Program-made: the position numbers and the translations under genes
The notes under the pieces: model-generated
Databases searched by the model: none
What the model was told of the DNA's origin: nothing
Seen by the model: the letters and a program-made list of their open reading frames with translations, nothing else
IMG/VR virus record: IMGVR_UViG_3300023231_000362
Reading direction: 5' to 3' (one strand)
DNA: 64,000 nt
DNA from: an uncultured virus (IMG/VR IMGVR_UViG_3300023231_000362)
Lineage: Duplodnaviria; Heunggongvirae; Uroviricota; Caudoviricetes
Shown: one piece after another, positions 1 to 10,736 of the stretch
How the letters are laid out: every line of letters begins with the position of its first letter
Position numbering within the stretch: the stretch's first letter is position 1

Positions 1-2
1 GT

Positions 3-575
3 TACGAGTCAGAATACAAGTCACTGTATGTTATTGGACTTACCTTTATCAGCAGAGAAGAATTACCTATTTGCCGTTACGATGAGTACTCTTTTCCTAA
101 GGAACAAGACATATGGGAAGGGGCGTGGTCTAATCCACAAAATCAACAATTTGGTAAGAATAGATGGATACCCCAATGGACTGATGCTGATACAAAACAA
201 TGGAAACTGTTTAGAGAAAAGTACGAAGTAGGCACCATGGTGGATAGACTAGAAAACCTTATGTACCAAATGTTGTCATTGATTGATAGTTTGACACAAC
301 GTGGACATAGCTGTATAATATATCAACAAGCAGACCATTGGTGGGACGGTATGTTGCCTGAAGAGTTCAACAGGATACGGCTATTAGCAGGACATAAAAA
401 TATCATAGGTGATTTTAAGTGGTGTGCAATACGAGAACAACACCGAGCAGGAGTGGCATGTGTGCCTGGCGAAGAACACATTGAGGCTGAAATTCGACAC
501 AGACAACCTGGCGAACACAAGTGGTTGAATGATTATTTGGAAACGCATATAAGAAAACATGAGTTACACCTGTAA
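3..575 (+). CDS. 5'-truncated hypothetical protein, possibly SGNH-like
   Basis: Frame 3 is open from the window start (YESEYKSLYVIGLTF...) and runs into ORF 237..575. Confidence 0.6.
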   Translation, partial: YESEYKSLYVIGLTFISREELPICRYDEYSFPKEQDIWEGAWSNPQNQQFGKNRWIPQWTDADTKQWKLFREKYEVGTMVDRLENLMYQMLSLIDSLTQRGHSCIIYQQADHWWDGMLPEEFNRIRLLAGHKNIIGDFKWCAIREQHRAGVACVPGEEHIEAEIRHRQPGEHKWLNDYLETHIRKHELHL

Positions 576-1242
576 GTATTGTACCAAGAGCTATCGCAAG
601 GAATCAACACTTGCGGTACATCTTTGCGAGCCCAAACGTAGAGTACAACAAGAGTCTGAAACAGGTGTGCAGTTTGGACTCAGGGCATATAAGCGTTTTT
701 ATGAGATAACTCAAGGGTCAGCACGTACTAAAGACTACGAGGACTTTGCTAAGAGCCCATACTATATTGCATTTGTAAAGTTTGGACGTTATTGTGTAGA
801 CATACGTGCCATAAACTTTGTGAACTTTTGTGAATGGTTACTGAAAAACAATAAAAAGATTGACCACTGGACAAAAGACAAGTTGTACCAAGAATGGATG
901 TTGCCCTACATAAAACGTGAACAGTCACAAGACGCACTTGAACGTGGTGTTAAAGAAATGTTGGACTATTGCGAGGAACATCCTGAACTTAAGAATGGTA
1001 TTACGGATTACTTTAGATATGCTAACAGCAATCGTATATGTCATCACATCAGCACAGGCAGAGTAAGCGCATGGCTAGTGTTTAATAGCGACAGCGGACG
1101 AGAGTTTTTAGATACATTGAATGAAGAACAACTTGCTATTGTGTATCCTTACATTGACCCAGAGTACTGGCAACGTAGGTTTATAGATTTTGTAGCAGAC
1201 ACAGAGTGGGTTACACAGGCACTTAAGGACATTAGGCTATGA
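559..1242 (+). CDS. Phage protein with N-terminal zinc finger
   Basis: CKYC-x12-H-x-C motif; overlaps both neighbours. Confidence 0.7.
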   Translation: MSYTCKYCTKSYRKESTLAVHLCEPKRRVQQESETGVQFGLRAYKRFYEITQGSARTKDYEDFAKSPYYIAFVKFGRYCVDIRAINFVNFCEWLLKNNKKIDHWTKDKLYQEWMLPYIKREQSQDALERGVKEMLDYCEEHPELKNGITDYFRYANSNRICHHISTGRVSAWLVFNSDSGREFLDTLNEEQLAIVYPYIDPEYWQRRFIDFVADTEWVTQALKDIRL

Positions 1243-1808
1243 AGTTTCAAGCAGATATTGACATAGACTTTGGTGCCAGAGATCGAATACTCGAACACAT
1301 TAAACATATTCCTGCCAGCATATATCGCAATGAAGAGTTTGTGCCGCATAACACAGGCGTGTATGTAAATAATATACCACAACACCCAATAACTAAGTTA
1401 GCAAGCATTGACCATAAAGAAGCAGAACAGCGTGGTTATGTTAAACTAGACTTTCTAAATGTTAGTGTGTATCAGCAGATTCAGTCAGAAGAAGAGCTTG
1501 ATGTGTTAATGGCCACAGAGCCTCCCTGGGCTAGATTACAAGACCCAGAGTTTGTAAAGAACATCATACATATCAGCAACCATTATGATATTGTTCAAAA
1601 ACTAAAACCTCAGACTGTTGATGAGATGGCGGCTGTACTAGCAATCATACGTCCCAGTAAACGGTATTTGTTAAACAAAGACTGGGCGACTATTAATCAG
1701 GAAGTATGGACTACACCCAGAGATGGCAGTTACTACTTCAAGAAAAGTCATGCAACTAGTTATGCATATCTTGTAATAGTGCATATGAACTTGTTAAATA
1801 TGATATGA
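1239..1808 (+). CDS. Miniature DNA polymerase III alpha (family C) catalytic-core-like protein
   Basis: DIDIDF, HNTGVY, KLDFL, IRP and FKKSHATSYA match DnaE motifs in order, in only 189 aa. Confidence 0.8.
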   Translation: MKFQADIDIDFGARDRILEHIKHIPASIYRNEEFVPHNTGVYVNNIPQHPITKLASIDHKEAEQRGYVKLDFLNVSVYQQIQSEEELDVLMATEPPWARLQDPEFVKNIIHISNHYDIVQKLKPQTVDEMAAVLAIIRPSKRYLLNKDWATINQEVWTTPRDGSYYFKKSHATSYAYLVIVHMNLLNMI

Positions 1809-2740
1809 AAATCTATATTGATCACGTAGCTGAGTGTATGCAAGATTTTGTTGAGTATACTCTAAACACTGTTTTTGTTACCGGAAATTTTAGTATCACT
1901 TTGGCGCAGACGAGGTCAATGCAAGAACGTATCTTTTCAGTTAACAATGCCACACTAAACAATCTGGATGGTGATAACAGAATCTATATCGAGTTTACTC
2001 AGGAAGACCTTTTACATATATCACAGATATCGTTAAATCTGCCTAAAAGAATAAGATTAGGATCGGAAGGGGATCTGTCTGTAGATACAATCAGTAAGTT
2101 ATCCAACAATTATTATCAACAAGCTCTAGACGATATTATAAAACTAACTGACGTTATACCAGACTTCTACAATGAAGTAAAAGGATCTGATTGGCCCAAT
2201 ATTAAGACTATTACAGAATTTTACGAACTACCAGTTCACATTGTTGACGAATGTGCTAAACAATTTGGGTTCTCTCCTAAGTTGTTAACCAAGGAATATC
2301 CCGACGCCAGTGGACCTCTACTGCGTAAGTACTTTACTAACTGGTTCTCCGGAGTTAACCCATTTATGCAAAAACAAGATGAGGTTGTGTACACAAGCAA
2401 TCAAAACGTTTACAAGTTACCGTTTTTAGATATCTTTAATACTGATAACATGTTGCAACACATAGATGATATTGCAAAACAGTTTGGGTTAACATTGGTG
2501 GATAAGAAAGAACTGTCTAGGAATCTCAAGGATTCACGACACTTTCACGAAACTTTTGTGAAAAGACAGCAGTGTGTGGGATTAAAGAAAGAGGTAGACG
2601 ACATATTAGAACAGTCTAGGGGTGTGCGTATTGATTTAACAATAATGCAGGAATCTTACTTAAATGCAAAATTAGGAGGAGTACTGACAGATTTGCCCCG
2701 TATAGACAACACATCTATAATTTTTGATGCTATTGGGTAG
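1805..2740 (+). CDS. Hypothetical protein
   Basis: 311-aa ORF coupled to the upstream gene by an ATGA overlap. Confidence 0.7.
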   Translation: MKIYIDHVAECMQDFVEYTLNTVFVTGNFSITLAQTRSMQERIFSVNNATLNNLDGDNRIYIEFTQEDLLHISQISLNLPKRIRLGSEGDLSVDTISKLSNNYYQQALDDIIKLTDVIPDFYNEVKGSDWPNIKTITEFYELPVHIVDECAKQFGFSPKLLTKEYPDASGPLLRKYFTNWFSGVNPFMQKQDEVVYTSNQNVYKLPFLDIFNTDNMLQHIDDIAKQFGLTLVDKKELSRNLKDSRHFHETFVKRQQCVGLKKEVDDILEQSRGVRIDLTIMQESYLNAKLGGVLTDLPRIDNTSIIFDAIG

Positions 2741-3110
2741 GTTTTCGTACTAGTGTTATTGCCCTACGTTTTGTTCGTTTTAAACTTAGGTTTTTAAGAC
2801 TCAACTGAGGACCATACTTAATAACAACGTCTTTGCTGTTAAACGTTTTAAGGAATACCTTAAATACTTTCCAGTCGTTTTTTAAAAACACATTAATAGG
2901 CATTAATCTATTAGATTCCCACCACCAGGAATCTGCCAGTTCTAAGAATTGTAGACGTTCTTCAGGGGACTTTAACGCAGAATAATCATATAGCGTGGTA
3001 ATAATTTCATCGTAATTTTGTATTATGCCGATGTAATCGTTGCCTCCATAGACAACATAACTCAAAAAAGGATATTTGTCTAAGAGTTGATGGAATTTGT
3101 TGTCTGTCAC
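2730..3110 (-). CDS. Hypothetical phage protein
   Basis: Likely GTG start at 3110; minus-strand TATAAATA at 3141-3148. Confidence 0.7.
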   Translation of the reverse strand: MTDNKFHQLLDKYPFLSYVVYGGNDYIGIIQNYDEIITTLYDYSALKSPEERLQFLELADSWWWESNRLMPINVFLKNDWKVFKVFLKTFNSKDVVIKYGPQLSLKNLSLKRTKRRAITLVRKPTQ

Positions 3111-3112
3111 AA

Positions 3113-3148
3113 TAAATACAATATGCAATTCATTACTCAATATTTATA
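3113..3148. promoter_or_regulatory. Overlapping divergent T4-like late promoters
   Basis: TAAATA (+) at 3113-3118 and TATAAATA (-) at 3141-3148. Confidence 0.55.
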
Positions 3149-3881
3149 TAGGCAAAAGATACCTTGCCAAATAGTAGAACTTTTGGACACCAACAGAAGG
3201 ACAGTCAGTGTGTATAATAGAGACATAAAAGCCTACCGTGGGGTAGCAAATAAATTCTTAATCGAAATTAAAAACCAAGATCAGAAACCCATTAATATCA
3301 GCGATCGTACAATTAAGTTAAATGTGCTAAATCCAGAGACTAATTCGGTTTATAGCACAACCACTGCCATTATTCATAGTGCCAGTAAAGGTCAGGCACT
3401 AGTGACACTAGATGACAATAACTTACTGGACTTACCTGCTACCTATTACAATTACACCGTGGCAGTAACAAGTGGTGAGGGTAATGACGAGATTGCATAT
3501 GCTGACGACAACTATGGGGTGCGTGGCACACTGCAAGTATTAGATGGTCACTATCCAACGTTTACAGCCTCAACTGAGCTCACTGTTAATGCTGATAGTA
3601 ATGTAACAAGTTATGTTATCAGTGACAAGAGTTCCAACCAGGGTAGTAAGTTGCATACTGCGGCATTTTACCTAAGCAACTATACAGGTAATATCCTTAT
3701 TGAAGGCACACTGGACGATACTCCAAACTACGCTAGTGCAAATTACTTTACCGTACAGACAAAAACATATGCCAGTGCAACAGGTACGTACTATGCAACC
3801 TGGACAGGTAACTATAGAGCTGTAAGGTTCACTCAAGTAAAAACTTCAGGGAGTATAACCAAAATACTATATCGTGGCTAA
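3123..3881 (+). CDS. Putative virion structural protein
   Basis: T/S/N/Y-rich, beta-rich composition; late promoter immediately upstream. Confidence 0.55.
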   Translation: MQFITQYLYRQKIPCQIVELLDTNRRTVSVYNRDIKAYRGVANKFLIEIKNQDQKPINISDRTIKLNVLNPETNSVYSTTTAIIHSASKGQALVTLDDNNLLDLPATYYNYTVAVTSGEGNDEIAYADDNYGVRGTLQVLDGHYPTFTASTELTVNADSNVTSYVISDKSSNQGSKLHTAAFYLSNYTGNILIEGTLDDTPNYASANYFTVQTKTYASATGTYYATWTGNYRAVRFTQVKTSGSITKILYRG

Positions 3882-4596
3882 ACGTATAGTATGTTTTGGC
3901 GACAGTTGGACTTACGGATCAGATTTAGTTGATCCTGCACTTGTTCCTAAATTAGAAAGTGAAGGTTACGGCGTTGACGACGCTGAATACAAATACTTTC
4001 ACGAAAATCTTCCTTACAGAGAAGAACATAGATATTCCAGTCTACTCGAAAAAGCATTAGGTACTCCTGTTTTAAATTTATCTAAACCTGCCGATAGTTT
4101 AATAGGTATGCGTGTTAAATTTATAGAATGGGTGCACCAGCAACCCAAAGATTGTTCAGACAGTCTAATAATATTTGCCACAACCTCACATGAGAGATAC
4201 AGTTTTTACTCAGCAAAGGACAAGCAATGGCTAAGCAGTGGCTACTTGCAATACGGTGATCAGCACCAGCCTTTAGTTGAACACTGGAAAAGACATTTGG
4301 TGCATAGCAGTGGTCCAGAACTGCATGATTATACGTTATTGGATTTTGTTATGTCATCAAGAGCACTTTGTAAAGAACGTAATATGAAATGGGTGTATGC
4401 TCCTGTTTTTCCAAAACGCACTCAAGGCAACATCGACGACAAGTTTGTTACAGAATGGAGTATGATGGATGTATGCACACACCGAGCAATGGAAGGACAT
4501 AAAGTCTGGGCATGGGGAGAACATCCCAACGAGCTTGGTCACCAATTTATAGCAAAATACTTGATAAGTTTTATGAAAGAGTGTAAACTTATATAG
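3874..4596 (+). CDS. SGNH/GDSL-family hydrolase or acyltransferase
   Basis: FGDSWTYG block I and EHPNELGH block V. Confidence 0.8.
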   Translation: MAKRIVCFGDSWTYGSDLVDPALVPKLESEGYGVDDAEYKYFHENLPYREEHRYSSLLEKALGTPVLNLSKPADSLIGMRVKFIEWVHQQPKDCSDSLIIFATTSHERYSFYSAKDKQWLSSGYLQYGDQHQPLVEHWKRHLVHSSGPELHDYTLLDFVMSSRALCKERNMKWVYAPVFPKRTQGNIDDKFVTEWSMMDVCTHRAMEGHKVWAWGEHPNELGHQFIAKYLISFMKECKLI

Positions 4597-5621
4597 TGAA
4601 TATTATACAGCAAACAGTCTTAGATAAATTGCCCTCAAAACGCAAGACAGCACCAAGTGGCTGGACTAGCTTTAATGCACAGTGCTGTACACATTTAGGC
4701 CATAGTCAAGACACCAGAGGTAGGGGCGGTATTATAACTGCACCAGACGGTTCGATATCCTACCACTGTTTTAACTGTAATTTTAAAAGCACCTGGCGTC
4801 CAGGGTGGCATTTTAACTTCAAGTTTCGTAGACTGTTATCCTGGTTTGGGGTAGCACAGAATGATGTACAACGTTTGGTGTTTGAAGCCATGCGTATCAG
4901 AGAAGAGCTTGTTGATGTTGTTGAAGAGATTGACAAACAGCAGGAAAAAATAGAGTTCGACCCAAGGCCACTGCCTGAAGAAAGTGCAGATATTAGACAA
5001 GTTGCCACAATGATGGCATTAGATCCCAATTACGAAATAACTCAGAACTTCAGAGATGTTGTCGGCTATGCAGTTGAGCGAAAGATTAACACACAACGCT
5101 ATCCTATATTTTATAGCACCAGCAGTAATGTTAATATGGATAGGCGAGTTATTATACCGTTTACCTGGCAGGACAAGATAATAGGATATACTGCAAGAGC
5201 AATGGATCCCAGCATAAAGCCCAAGTACTTTAACAGTTATGATAGCAATTATGTATTCAATACAGATGCACAAACCAAGGACACCAAGTTTGTTATTGTG
5301 TGTGAAGGTCCTTTTGATGCAATGGCAGTTGATGGAGTTGCTATATTAAGTAATAACATAAACGACACACAGGCTGAAATAATTGATAGGTTGGGTAAAC
5401 GAGTAATTGTGGTACCAGACTTTGATCGAGCAGGACAGCGTATGATACAAGACGCAATAGAATATGACTGGGAAGTTAGTTTCCCTACATGGTCAGAAAC
5501 CTGTAAAGATGTTGGAGAAGCGGTACAACGATATGGTAAATTATTTGTAGTAAAAAACATCTTAGATAACGCACAGGCAAGTAAACTAAAGATTAATTTA
5601 ATGCGTAAAGCAATAAAATAA
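4596..5621 (+). CDS. DNA primase (Zn-binding plus TOPRIM)
   Basis: CC...HCFNC zinc site; EGPFDA and PDFD TOPRIM motifs. Confidence 0.88.
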   Translation: MNIIQQTVLDKLPSKRKTAPSGWTSFNAQCCTHLGHSQDTRGRGGIITAPDGSISYHCFNCNFKSTWRPGWHFNFKFRRLLSWFGVAQNDVQRLVFEAMRIREELVDVVEEIDKQQEKIEFDPRPLPEESADIRQVATMMALDPNYEITQNFRDVVGYAVERKINTQRYPIFYSTSSNVNMDRRVIIPFTWQDKIIGYTARAMDPSIKPKYFNSYDSNYVFNTDAQTKDTKFVIVCEGPFDAMAVDGVAILSNNINDTQAEIIDRLGKRVIVVPDFDRAGQRMIQDAIEYDWEVSFPTWSETCKDVGEAVQRYGKLFVVKNILDNAQASKLKINLMRKAIK

Positions 5622-6739
5622 TGGACCCAAAACAAAAGTTTTTTCTTTTTAAACAGTCACGCAATTTTTGTGCGGTGCCCTGGAACCACTTCAAAGTTGA
5701 AATGGATGGCACAGTAAAAACCTGCGTACATGGTATGGATACGTTGGGCAACTTATCCACCGACAACATTGATAGCATTTTACATAGCCCTGTAGTAAAG
5801 GATATAAGACAAACTCTGTATCAGGATAAGCCGCATAAAAATTGCACACATTGCACCAGACACGAGGACGAAAGTGATCACAAGTACCTAAGAGATCTTT
5901 ACAATCCCATGTTTAAGTTTGAGGACATAGATTACAGTGACGATTCTGCATTCCAACTAAGAGCAGTTGATCTACATTGGAGTTCTACCTGTAACTTAAA
6001 GTGTATTACGTGTTGGGCAAATCAGAGTAGCAGTATTGCACAGGAACAGGGCAAACCAGTCTTACATACACCCAATGACCAAGCAGACAAGATAATAGAC
6101 ATAATTGTCGACAACCAGCACAACCTTAAAGAAATATACCTGAGTGGCGGTGAGCCTACCCTCATTAAGCATAATCAAAGACTGTTAAAGCGTTTGGACA
6201 AGAATATAGATTGTCAGTTTAGAATTAACACTAACATGATGTTCGAACAAGACAATGCCATAATAAACGAAATATTAAAGTTTAAAAATGTATTGTTTAC
6301 AATAAGTGCTGACTCTACAGCAGATAGGTTTAATTATATTAGACGTGGGGCAGACTGGCAGAAGTTCCTAACAAATCTAACATGGTTACAGCAGAGTCAC
6401 GCTAAGTTTAGGTTAAACAGTGTGTTCTTCATAGCAAGTGCGTTGTATCTGACAGACTGTCAGAAGTTTTTCCACAATAATTTTGGTATAACAGATTTTA
6501 CAATTAACCAAGTCCTCATGGACCATACTGTTATTAAGTGTCGCAACCTATCACACTCCCTTAAAGAAGATTGTAAAACTAAAATACTTGCACATAAACA
6601 GGAGTTTGCTGATAATGCAAACTTATGTAATGAGTTAGATGCTTGCCTACAAGAATTAAATTGTGATAAGGCAGATGACTATACATCTTTCTTTACACAG
6701 TTTCCAGGCAACTGGCAAGAGGTATTTCCTGAACTATGA
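5621..6739 (+). CDS. Radical SAM protein with N-terminal SPASM/twitch-like domain
   Basis: FCAVPW; CNLKCITC; SGGEP. Confidence 0.9.
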   Translation: MDPKQKFFLFKQSRNFCAVPWNHFKVEMDGTVKTCVHGMDTLGNLSTDNIDSILHSPVVKDIRQTLYQDKPHKNCTHCTRHEDESDHKYLRDLYNPMFKFEDIDYSDDSAFQLRAVDLHWSSTCNLKCITCWANQSSSIAQEQGKPVLHTPNDQADKIIDIIVDNQHNLKEIYLSGGEPTLIKHNQRLLKRLDKNIDCQFRINTNMMFEQDNAIINEILKFKNVLFTISADSTADRFNYIRRGADWQKFLTNLTWLQQSHAKFRLNSVFFIASALYLTDCQKFFHNNFGITDFTINQVLMDHTVIKCRNLSHSLKEDCKTKILAHKQEFADNANLCNELDACLQELNCDKADDYTSFFTQFPGNWQEVFPEL

Positions 6740-7374
6740 ACATTTTGCTAGTAGGTTGTGGTAAAAAGTTTGGTAGAACTATATTAGATAGTTTAGTGCA
6801 ACGTGGACATAGTGTACACAGTATTAGCAGTGTGGACGTAGATGGTGTTAATAATATATTATTAGACTGGGATACTCTTAATCCTGCTGTAATAGAACGA
6901 CAGTTACAACAGTTGCCCAGAATAGATTTTGTATTTTTTAACCACAATGGAAGTGCATTAAGTACTCAGAGCTTTGGCAAACTAAGCACACTGGAGTTAT
7001 GGAAGTTGGGTAAGCGATGGAATCAGCAATACTACAATAGTGTTATATTTCCATTTCATCTTATACAGTCAATTACGTTAGATTTAAATGCAGTAGTAGC
7101 CTGGATGACAAGTTCTTATGTTTACAACCATGCAGATATCACACATAATGACTACATAGGGAATAAGTATCAGAGCTACCTTATAATGAAACAGTTTGGC
7201 AACACTGATCGAGCATGTTTTTGCGGCGTAAATCCTGACAGTCTTTATGATGCCAGTGTACAACCAGGTGAGTTTATTGAGGGCATGTACAAGTTAGATA
7301 GGCACGAGTTAAACGGTTCTGTCATCGGTTTTGACTACACAAAAGATACACATTTTAACAAATTTAATGTATAA
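6736..7374 (+). CDS. SDR/Rossmann-like oxidoreductase
   Basis: ILLVGCGKKFG glycine loop; YIGNK (YxxxK). Confidence 0.65.
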   Translation: MNILLVGCGKKFGRTILDSLVQRGHSVHSISSVDVDGVNNILLDWDTLNPAVIERQLQQLPRIDFVFFNHNGSALSTQSFGKLSTLELWKLGKRWNQQYYNSVIFPFHLIQSITLDLNAVVAWMTSSYVYNHADITHNDYIGNKYQSYLIMKQFGNTDRACFCGVNPDSLYDASVQPGEFIEGMYKLDRHELNGSVIGFDYTKDTHFNKFNV

Positions 7375-7382
7375 TAATTAAT

Positions 7383-8753
7383 ATGAAGAATTACAGTGCA
7401 GATTTACAAAAACTATTTTTAGAAATGATGATGGCAGACGCTCAAATGTTTGTGCGTGTTGGAAACATCTTTAACCCTGCTAACTTTGATAGAAGTCTAC
7501 AGGACACAGCCAGGTTTATACAAGAGTACACAGACAAACACAAGTCTCTGCCTAATAAAGATCAGGTAAAAGCAACATCTGGTGTAGAGCTTAAAGACGT
7601 TGGTGAAGTGCAGGAAGCACAACATGACTGGTTTCTAGAAGAATTTGAAGGATTTAGTCGCAGACAAGAACTTGAACGTGCCATACTGAAGGCGGCTGAC
7701 TACTTGGAAAAAGGTGACTATGATCCTGTTGAGAAATTAATTAAAGACGCAGTACAAATTAGTTTAACAAAAGATCTAGGCATAGACTATTTTGAGGATC
7801 CTAAGGCTAGACTTAGTTTACTAAGGGACAACAACGGACAAGTAAGTACAGGCTGGCCCACACTGGATAAGAAACTGTTTGGTGGCTTTAACAAAGGCGA
7901 GTTAAACATCTTTGCTGGTGGCAGTGGTAGTGGTAAGAGTTTGTTTATGCAAAACCTTGCTATTAACTGGATTATACAAGGACTTAACGGGGTATTCCTA
8001 ACACTAGAACTTAGTGAAGGCTTGTGTGCTATGCGTATAGACAGCATGTTGTCTAATGTCAGCACACGTGAAATATTTAAAGAGATCGATACTGTGGAGA
8101 TGAAGATCAAAATGGTTGGTAAGAAGTCAGGTAGCCTACGCATCAAGTACATGCCGGCACAGAGCAACGTTAATCAAATTAGAGCGTACTTGAAAGAACT
8201 GGAAGTACAGACAGGACAAAAAGCAGACTTTATCATGGTAGACTATTTGGACTTGGTTATGCCAGTTAGTGCAAAGGTAAGTCCAAGTGACTTGTTTGTT
8301 AAAGACAAGTATGTGAGTGAAGAACTACGTAATCTAGCAAAAGAATTTAACATACTGATGGTAACCGCATCACAATTAAATCGCAGTGCGGTTGAAGAAA
8401 TAGAATTTGATCATAGCCACATATCTGGTGGGTTAAGCAAAATAAATACTGCTGACAACGTGTTTGGTATATTTACGTCAAGAGCAATGCGTGAACGTGG
8501 ACGATATCAGATACAGTTAATGAAGACTCGTAGTTCTAGTGGTGTTGGACAAAAGATTGATTTAGAGTACAACATGGAGACGCTGAGAATTATCGACGCA
8601 GGTGAAGAAGAGCAGACTAACCAACGACAATCGGGTATTATGAATCAAATAAAAACAAAATCATCAACAACTACAGAAGCACCCAAGGTCACAGCTCAAG
8701 TCGATAGTTCTAAGCTCAAGTCTATGTTGGCTGGGCTGAGGAAAGTTGAATAA
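7383..8753 (+). CDS. Replicative DNA helicase (DnaB/T4 gp41-like)
   Basis: GGSGSGKS, VDYLD, ASQLNR, KTR. Confidence 0.93.
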   Translation: MKNYSADLQKLFLEMMMADAQMFVRVGNIFNPANFDRSLQDTARFIQEYTDKHKSLPNKDQVKATSGVELKDVGEVQEAQHDWFLEEFEGFSRRQELERAILKAADYLEKGDYDPVEKLIKDAVQISLTKDLGIDYFEDPKARLSLLRDNNGQVSTGWPTLDKKLFGGFNKGELNIFAGGSGSGKSLFMQNLAINWIIQGLNGVFLTLELSEGLCAMRIDSMLSNVSTREIFKEIDTVEMKIKMVGKKSGSLRIKYMPAQSNVNQIRAYLKELEVQTGQKADFIMVDYLDLVMPVSAKVSPSDLFVKDKYVSEELRNLAKEFNILMVTASQLNRSAVEEIEFDHSHISGGLSKINTADNVFGIFTSRAMRERGRYQIQLMKTRSSSGVGQKIDLEYNMETLRIIDAGEEEQTNQRQSGIMNQIKTKSSTTTEAPKVTAQVDSSKLKSMLAGLRKVE

Positions 8754-9006
8754 CGATAGTTTTGAGATAATATATAGAGAATTAGTGATATTTGAATCTC
8801 CAGATGGCGGACAAACGGTCTACGAACGTAGTCCAGGTCAAATTGCACGTACTCTTGTGGGTAGACGAGACACAATACCATCATGGTATATAGATGTACG
8901 AGGGTTTAATCAGCTAATGCACGAGGCAAAGGATAATGTTACCTTACAGGATGCTCTATTGCAATTAAAAACATTGTGGGAATTAACAAAGAAAGACGAC
9001 AGTTAA
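8746..9006 (+). CDS. Hypothetical phage protein
   Basis: FESPDGGQTVYER motif; coupled to neighbours. Confidence 0.65.
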   Translation: MNNDSFEIIYRELVIFESPDGGQTVYERSPGQIARTLVGRRDTIPSWYIDVRGFNQLMHEAKDNVTLQDALLQLKTLWELTKKDDS

Positions 9007-9584
9007 TGCATTTATTAGAAAACTTTAATTACATTCAAAGAACAGCAAAACATGCCGCTGAATCGATCGCAAACAGAACTCGTATTGCATCGTGGGCATG
9101 GCGTATAGAAAACGTGTTGCCAGATGATATTATAGTTGACATAAGAGACTTTATGGCGGCAAATCAGAAGTGGGAGACTGAGCAATTAGAATTTGATATA
9201 CCAAGACGTGCAGTACACTGGGATCAGGTATCAACTAGTCCATATAGACGTATGCATTATGCTTTTCAACAACTAAGCCCAGTAATATCGGAAGCAATAG
9301 GACACCAGGTAGACTTTCAACATTGTAACATGTGGGAGGATGGTACAGAATATATAATTCCACCACATGTAGACAATGATAGTATTAGGGTAGCCATACA
9401 AGTTTATCTTAACGATGCAGATGAGGATTGTGGTACTTCAATATATTCTAGTCAAAACACAGAAATATATAAGTTTCCTTTCATTTCGAACACAGGATAC
9501 ATCATGCACAATACTCCAACTAGTTGGCACGGTATGATGACGCCAGGAAATGTTAGGCGTAGTTTATACGCAAACTATCGATAA
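9006..9584 (+). CDS. 2OG-Fe(II) oxygenase
   Basis: HVD...YLN...WHG...R-x-S; TAATG coupling at 9004-9008. Confidence 0.8.
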   Translation: MHLLENFNYIQRTAKHAAESIANRTRIASWAWRIENVLPDDIIVDIRDFMAANQKWETEQLEFDIPRRAVHWDQVSTSPYRRMHYAFQQLSPVISEAIGHQVDFQHCNMWEDGTEYIIPPHVDNDSIRVAIQVYLNDADEDCGTSIYSSQNTEIYKFPFISNTGYIMHNTPTSWHGMMTPGNVRRSLYANYR

Positions 9585-10443
9585 AAGTATAGTTAGACAA
9601 GTACTCTTTCTCAAAAATCTTTTTATCACAATCACTGGGAAAACTTAGTTGCCCAACCTGAATAGACCCCAATGCAAATTTAGGCGCAGTATACCCTAAC
9701 TTTATAAACTTTTCTTTATGCTTGTGGTAATAATTTAACACATTGCGTTCTAACTCCGCATACTCTTCCTCAGTGTGATGAGTAAACTTTGCGTTAAAGT
9801 CGCTTTTGAAATATTGTTGAGGTATAAATGCTTCGTCACCGATATGCTGATCATCGTCCCTATACATATCAACCAATGTCTTGCCTATTTCGCAATAGTT
9901 TATATACAATCCTCCCCATTGTTCCTGCAGACTAAAGTGTTCGTAATCTTCTGGGGCAAACGGTATCCGTGGTCTCTGATCACTGCTAAACGTACACACA
10001 AACCTTGCGTACCCGCTACTGCTCTCTAGTCTATGTATGTATATGTTAAGTTGTCCTAGTGCATGTTGTACAGCCTTGGGTGCCTTAGAGTACCAGTCAC
10101 TGCTGTCTTGAGCATCATAGAGCCCATGATAGCGTTCAAATATATTATGTAAGTAGTTGAGGTCGTCCTGTGTGTAATTGTAGTTAATATAACGTTCGCA
10201 TACAGGCTTATATGCGTTTATTGTGTCCACAAACCCATTTATTGTGTCCACACAGTATTCCAGTGTATACTTAGATCCAGTAAAGCCATAGAGTCTCTCA
10301 GGGTCGTCTAAATGGGTACCCAAATCTAGTGTTTTTTGCAATTCGGACAACCATTTACTTGCTATTTCGGTGCGAAATATGCTATAATAGAGTGTATATT
10401 GAGAACCATGTATATTGGATAGTGTTATTTCTAATCTTGTCAT
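9553..10443 (-). CDS. Hypothetical protein, resembles 48078..48860
   Basis: Long ORF; likely start MTRLEITL at 10443. Confidence 0.7.
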   Translation of the reverse strand: MTRLEITLSNIHGSQYTLYYSIFRTEIASKWLSELQKTLDLGTHLDDPERLYGFTGSKYTLEYCVDTINGFVDTINAYKPVCERYINYNYTQDDLNYLHNIFERYHGLYDAQDSSDWYSKAPKAVQHALGQLNIYIHRLESSSGYARFVCTFSSDQRPRIPFAPEDYEHFSLQEQWGGLYINYCEIGKTLVDMYRDDDQHIGDEAFIPQQYFKSDFNAKFTHHTEEEYAELERNVLNYYHKHKEKFIKLGYTAPKFALGSIQVGQLSFPSDCDKKIFEKEYLSNYTFIDSLRINYA

Positions 10444-10458
10444 AATGTTTATAGATAC

Positions 10459-10466
10459 TATAAATA
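10459..10466 (+). promoter_or_regulatory. T4-like late promoter
   Basis: TATAAATA at the head of the operon. Confidence 0.65.
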
Positions 10467-10487
10467 TACTTAATCCTGGAGCGTGTA

Positions 10488-10736
10488 GTGCAAAAGAAAA
10501 CAAGAAGCCTATTAGATGAATTAGATATCTTTGTTTCACAAAGAGATAATAATGTTCTAATAGAGAACAGAGCCCACAATGTTATTCTAAGTGCGATAAA
10601 CTTGCTACAGCACATAAAAGAAACTTATGACTCAGAGACTGCCGCAAACTTAGAAAAACGTTTGCTAAACAGCATACGCACCGGGGAACCAGAAAAGTTT
10701 ACCAGGGGTATAAGGAGAGCCAAACGTGAAGGTTAA
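10488..10736 (+). CDS. Hypothetical phage protein
   Basis: GGAG SD and GTG start after the late promoter. Confidence 0.75.
   Translation: MQKKTRSLLDELDIFVSQRDNNVLIENRAHNVILSAINLLQHIKETYDSETAANLEKRLLNSIRTGEPEKFTRGIRRAKREG

Noticed and set aside
28..231. 67-aa ORF
   Set aside because: Shadow of the longer frame-3 reading frame 3..575
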